DNA from: Octopus sinensis
Taxonomy: Eukaryota
DNA: 64,000 nucleotides
Assembly (NCBI RefSeq): GCF_006345805.1
Contig: NC_042998.1
Coordinates: 85,436,001 to 85,500,000, forward strand
Direction of reading: 5' to 3'
Under the pieces are notes generated by a model. The model saw only the letters and a list, made by a program, of their open reading frames with translations. It was not told the origin of the DNA and searched no databases. The position numbers were made by a program, and so were the translations under genes. Each line of letters opens with the position of its first letter. Within the stretch, counting starts at the first letter, position 1. Below are positions 61,752-64,000 of this stretch, piece after piece.

Positions 61752-62625
61752 TCATCAGTTAACGTCTTGTCCATGCCTGCATGGGTTGGATGGTTTGACC
61801 AGGGCTGGCAAGCTCAAAAGCTGCACCAGACCCCAGTCTGATTTGGCATGGTTTCTATGGCTAGATACCCTTCCTAATGTCAACCACTGTGAGAGTGTAA
61901 TGGGTGCTTTTACATACCACCGGCACAAGTGCTGTTTACATGATACCAGTATCTTCCATGACTACAATTTTACTTGACTTGATGAGTCTTTTTCTCAAGT
62001 ACAGCAAAAAGTCTCAGTTATTCGTTACTGCCTCCATGGAGCCAAACACTTGAAAGCTGTTTTTCACATGCACTCTACTTTGGCCATCTAGCCTCTGTGA
62101 GGTCCAATGCTCGAAAGGTGCTTTTTACATGCCACTGGCACAGATGCCAGTTATATGATACCAGCATCAGCCATGACCATGATTTCACTTGGCTTGACAG
62201 GTCTTCTTAAGCACAGCATATCACGAAAGGTCTGTCACCAATCATTGCCTCTGTGAGACCCAAAAGTTCGAAGATCATGCTTCACCACCTTGTCCCATGT
62301 CTTCCTGGGTCTTCTCAAGCACAGCATATCTCCAAAGGTCTCGGTTGCTTGTCATTGCCCCTGTGAGGCCCAATGTTCAAAGGTTATGCTTCGCCACCTT
62401 ATCCCATGTCTTCCTGGGTTTACTACTTCCACAGCCTCCCTTCACTGTTAGGGTGTGACCACTTCTTCACATAGCTGTCCTCATCCATATGCATCACATG
62501 ACCATACCAGCACAGTTGTCTCTCTTGCACACCACATCTGATGCTTCATATGCCCAACTTTTCTCTCAGGGCCACTTCCACTGTTGTGTATGCACACTGA
62601 TGTTACACATCCATCAGAGGCTTCT
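61750..62625 (-). mobile_element. Older 5'-truncated RTE LINE (copy 4)
   Basis: Minus-strand ORF-end remnants (RCGVQERQLCWYGHVM, KPRKTWDKV), ~108-bp duplication of the ORF end, shared tail and (GAT)n. Confidence 0.8.
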
Positions 62626-62640
62626 TGGATATATATATAT

Positions 62641-63066
62641 AACCTTGGATCGTAGAGTGACCCGCTGTTCTTGAGGAGACCTATTGAGTCAAGTACGTCA
62701 ACACCAACATCAAAATAAAAATCAAATGGAAATTGTAATTTAGACACCTGTGCCGGTGACACGTAAAAAGCACCGTCTGAACGTGGCAGATGCCAGTGCC
62801 GCCTGACTGGCATCCGTGTCGGTGACACGTAAAAGCACCAACCGATTGTGGCCATTTGCCAGCCTCCTCTGGCCCCTGTGCAGGTGGCACATAAAAAGTA
62901 CCCACTGCACTCACGTAGCAGTTGGTGTTAGGCAGGGCATCCAGCTCGTAGAAGCACTGCCAAATCAGACTGGAGCGTGGTGCAGCCTCCATGGCTTATC
63001 AGACCCTGGTCGAACCGTCCAACCCATGCTAGCATGGAAAACGGAGTTAAATGATGATGATGATGA
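62641..63066 (+). mobile_element. RTE 3' UTR-only insertion (copy 3 subfamily)
   Basis: ACCTTGGATCGTAG.GTGACC.GCTG..CTTGAGGAGACCTATTGAGTCAAG matches 34300-34380; hairpin units, shared tail, (GAT)n. Confidence 0.88.
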
Positions 63067-63119
63067 TATATATATATATACATACACATACACACACATA
63101 CACACACACAAATACATAA

Positions 63120-63365
63120 AGGTGCATGGCCTAGAGGTTAAAGTGTTGCTCGCATAATTTGTAGATCATGGGTTCATAATTTGTAGATCATGGATCTAGC
63201 AGCACATTGTGTTCTTGAACAAAACACTTCATTTCATGTTGCTCCAGTCCACTTAGCTGTAAATAGTTAACCCTGCGATGGAATAGTCTTGTGATTAGGG
63301 GGAGTGTTGGCCTGCTAAAACAATGCAAGGCACATTGTGACCAACGATGTATAACAAAATCTGAT
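63120..63365 (+). mobile_element. CORE-like SINE
   Basis: GCATGGCCTAGAGGTTAAAGTG head; TGTGTTCTTGAACAAAACACTTCATTTCATGTTGCTCCAGTCCAC core. Confidence 0.7.
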
Positions 63366-63379
63366 AGTCTGATTAATAC

Positions 63380-63585
63380 CATCATCATCATCATCATTAT
63401 CTGATGTCCATTATCCATGCTGGCATGGGTTGGATGGTTATTACAGAATTTAGCAAGCTGGAAAGCCACACCAGGCTCCAATTGTCTGTTGTGGCATGGT
63501 TTCTATATCTAGATGCCCTTCCTAATGCCAACCACTTTACAGAGTGTAATGGGTGTATTTTATGTGCCACTGGCATGAGACCATC
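63380..63585 (-). mobile_element. RTE-tail SINE or 3' fragment
   Basis: CATCATCAT...CCATGCTGGCATGGGTTGGATGG...GATGCCCTTCCTAATGCCAACCAC. Confidence 0.75.
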
Positions 63586-64000
63586 ATGTGTGTGTGTGTG
63601 CACACATACACAATTTACACTATTTTTGTTACAACCAATGGCGCATGTAGTTGATCAGGATTCTGTCCCATCTTAATGCAATGGTAGTTGGAATTGTACA
63701 CTGGGCTTAAGTTGTTTTAATCTGAAATAGATTAGCTCTTTCCAGAGATATCTTATAACCTACTAACTGGTAATGAAACTAGATGGCCTAGTGAAAAGGC
63801 TACTGGGCTCATGATTAATTTTGTAGACTGGGTGGCACATTGTGTTATTGGCCAACCTGACCTAGGACTGCAATTTGATTGAAGGGGTGAGTTGCACAAG
63901 CTAAGTGTGTCTTGCTGCAGAGCACTACCTTGCGGGTAAGTACAGGATATCATTGAGCTTTTGTGGCAACACCACCTTGGATAATGATCCACTGATTTCA

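Noticed and set aside
63753-63992. ORF containing YPQGSAL, similar to the RT PQGS motif
   Set aside because: No other RT motifs nearby and it is truncated by the window edge, so it cannot be supported

Overview
AT-rich, repeat-saturated animal genomic DNA. The repeat style (RTE LINEs with (GAT)n tails, tRNA-derived SINEs, long (TA)n/(CA)n/(TACA)n tracts) suggests a coleoid cephalopod, probably Octopus; this is inference, not a database result. There are no prokaryotic features, CRISPR arrays, rRNA or intact tRNA genes. Host-gene content is sparse: a CpG-rich, apparently divergent promoter region at about 22.3-25.9 kb, a candidate first exon of an unidentified minus-strand gene (23303-23348), and one well-defined plus-strand coding exon (55733-55892) resembling the N-terminus of C12orf4/FERRY3. 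The rest is intron or intergenic sequence filled with mobile DNA: a near-full-length RTE LINE (about 4.0-8.05 kb; APE endonuclease, RT, embedded PHD-like finger) broken only by small deletions, several truncated RTE copies, CR1/Jockey-like, Tx1-like and Tc1/mariner remnants, several MITE or foldback hairpins, and dozens of SINEs. Most notable observations: a ~200-bp repeat carrying a minimal type I hammerhead-ribozyme fold (54214-54248), a modular double-hairpin RNA array with compensatory base changes in the RTE 3' UTR, a U6 snRNA retrocopy with a perfect 14-bp target-site duplication, and a 74-nt pre-miRNA-sized intronic hairpin. SINE and degraded-repeat boundaries are approximate.
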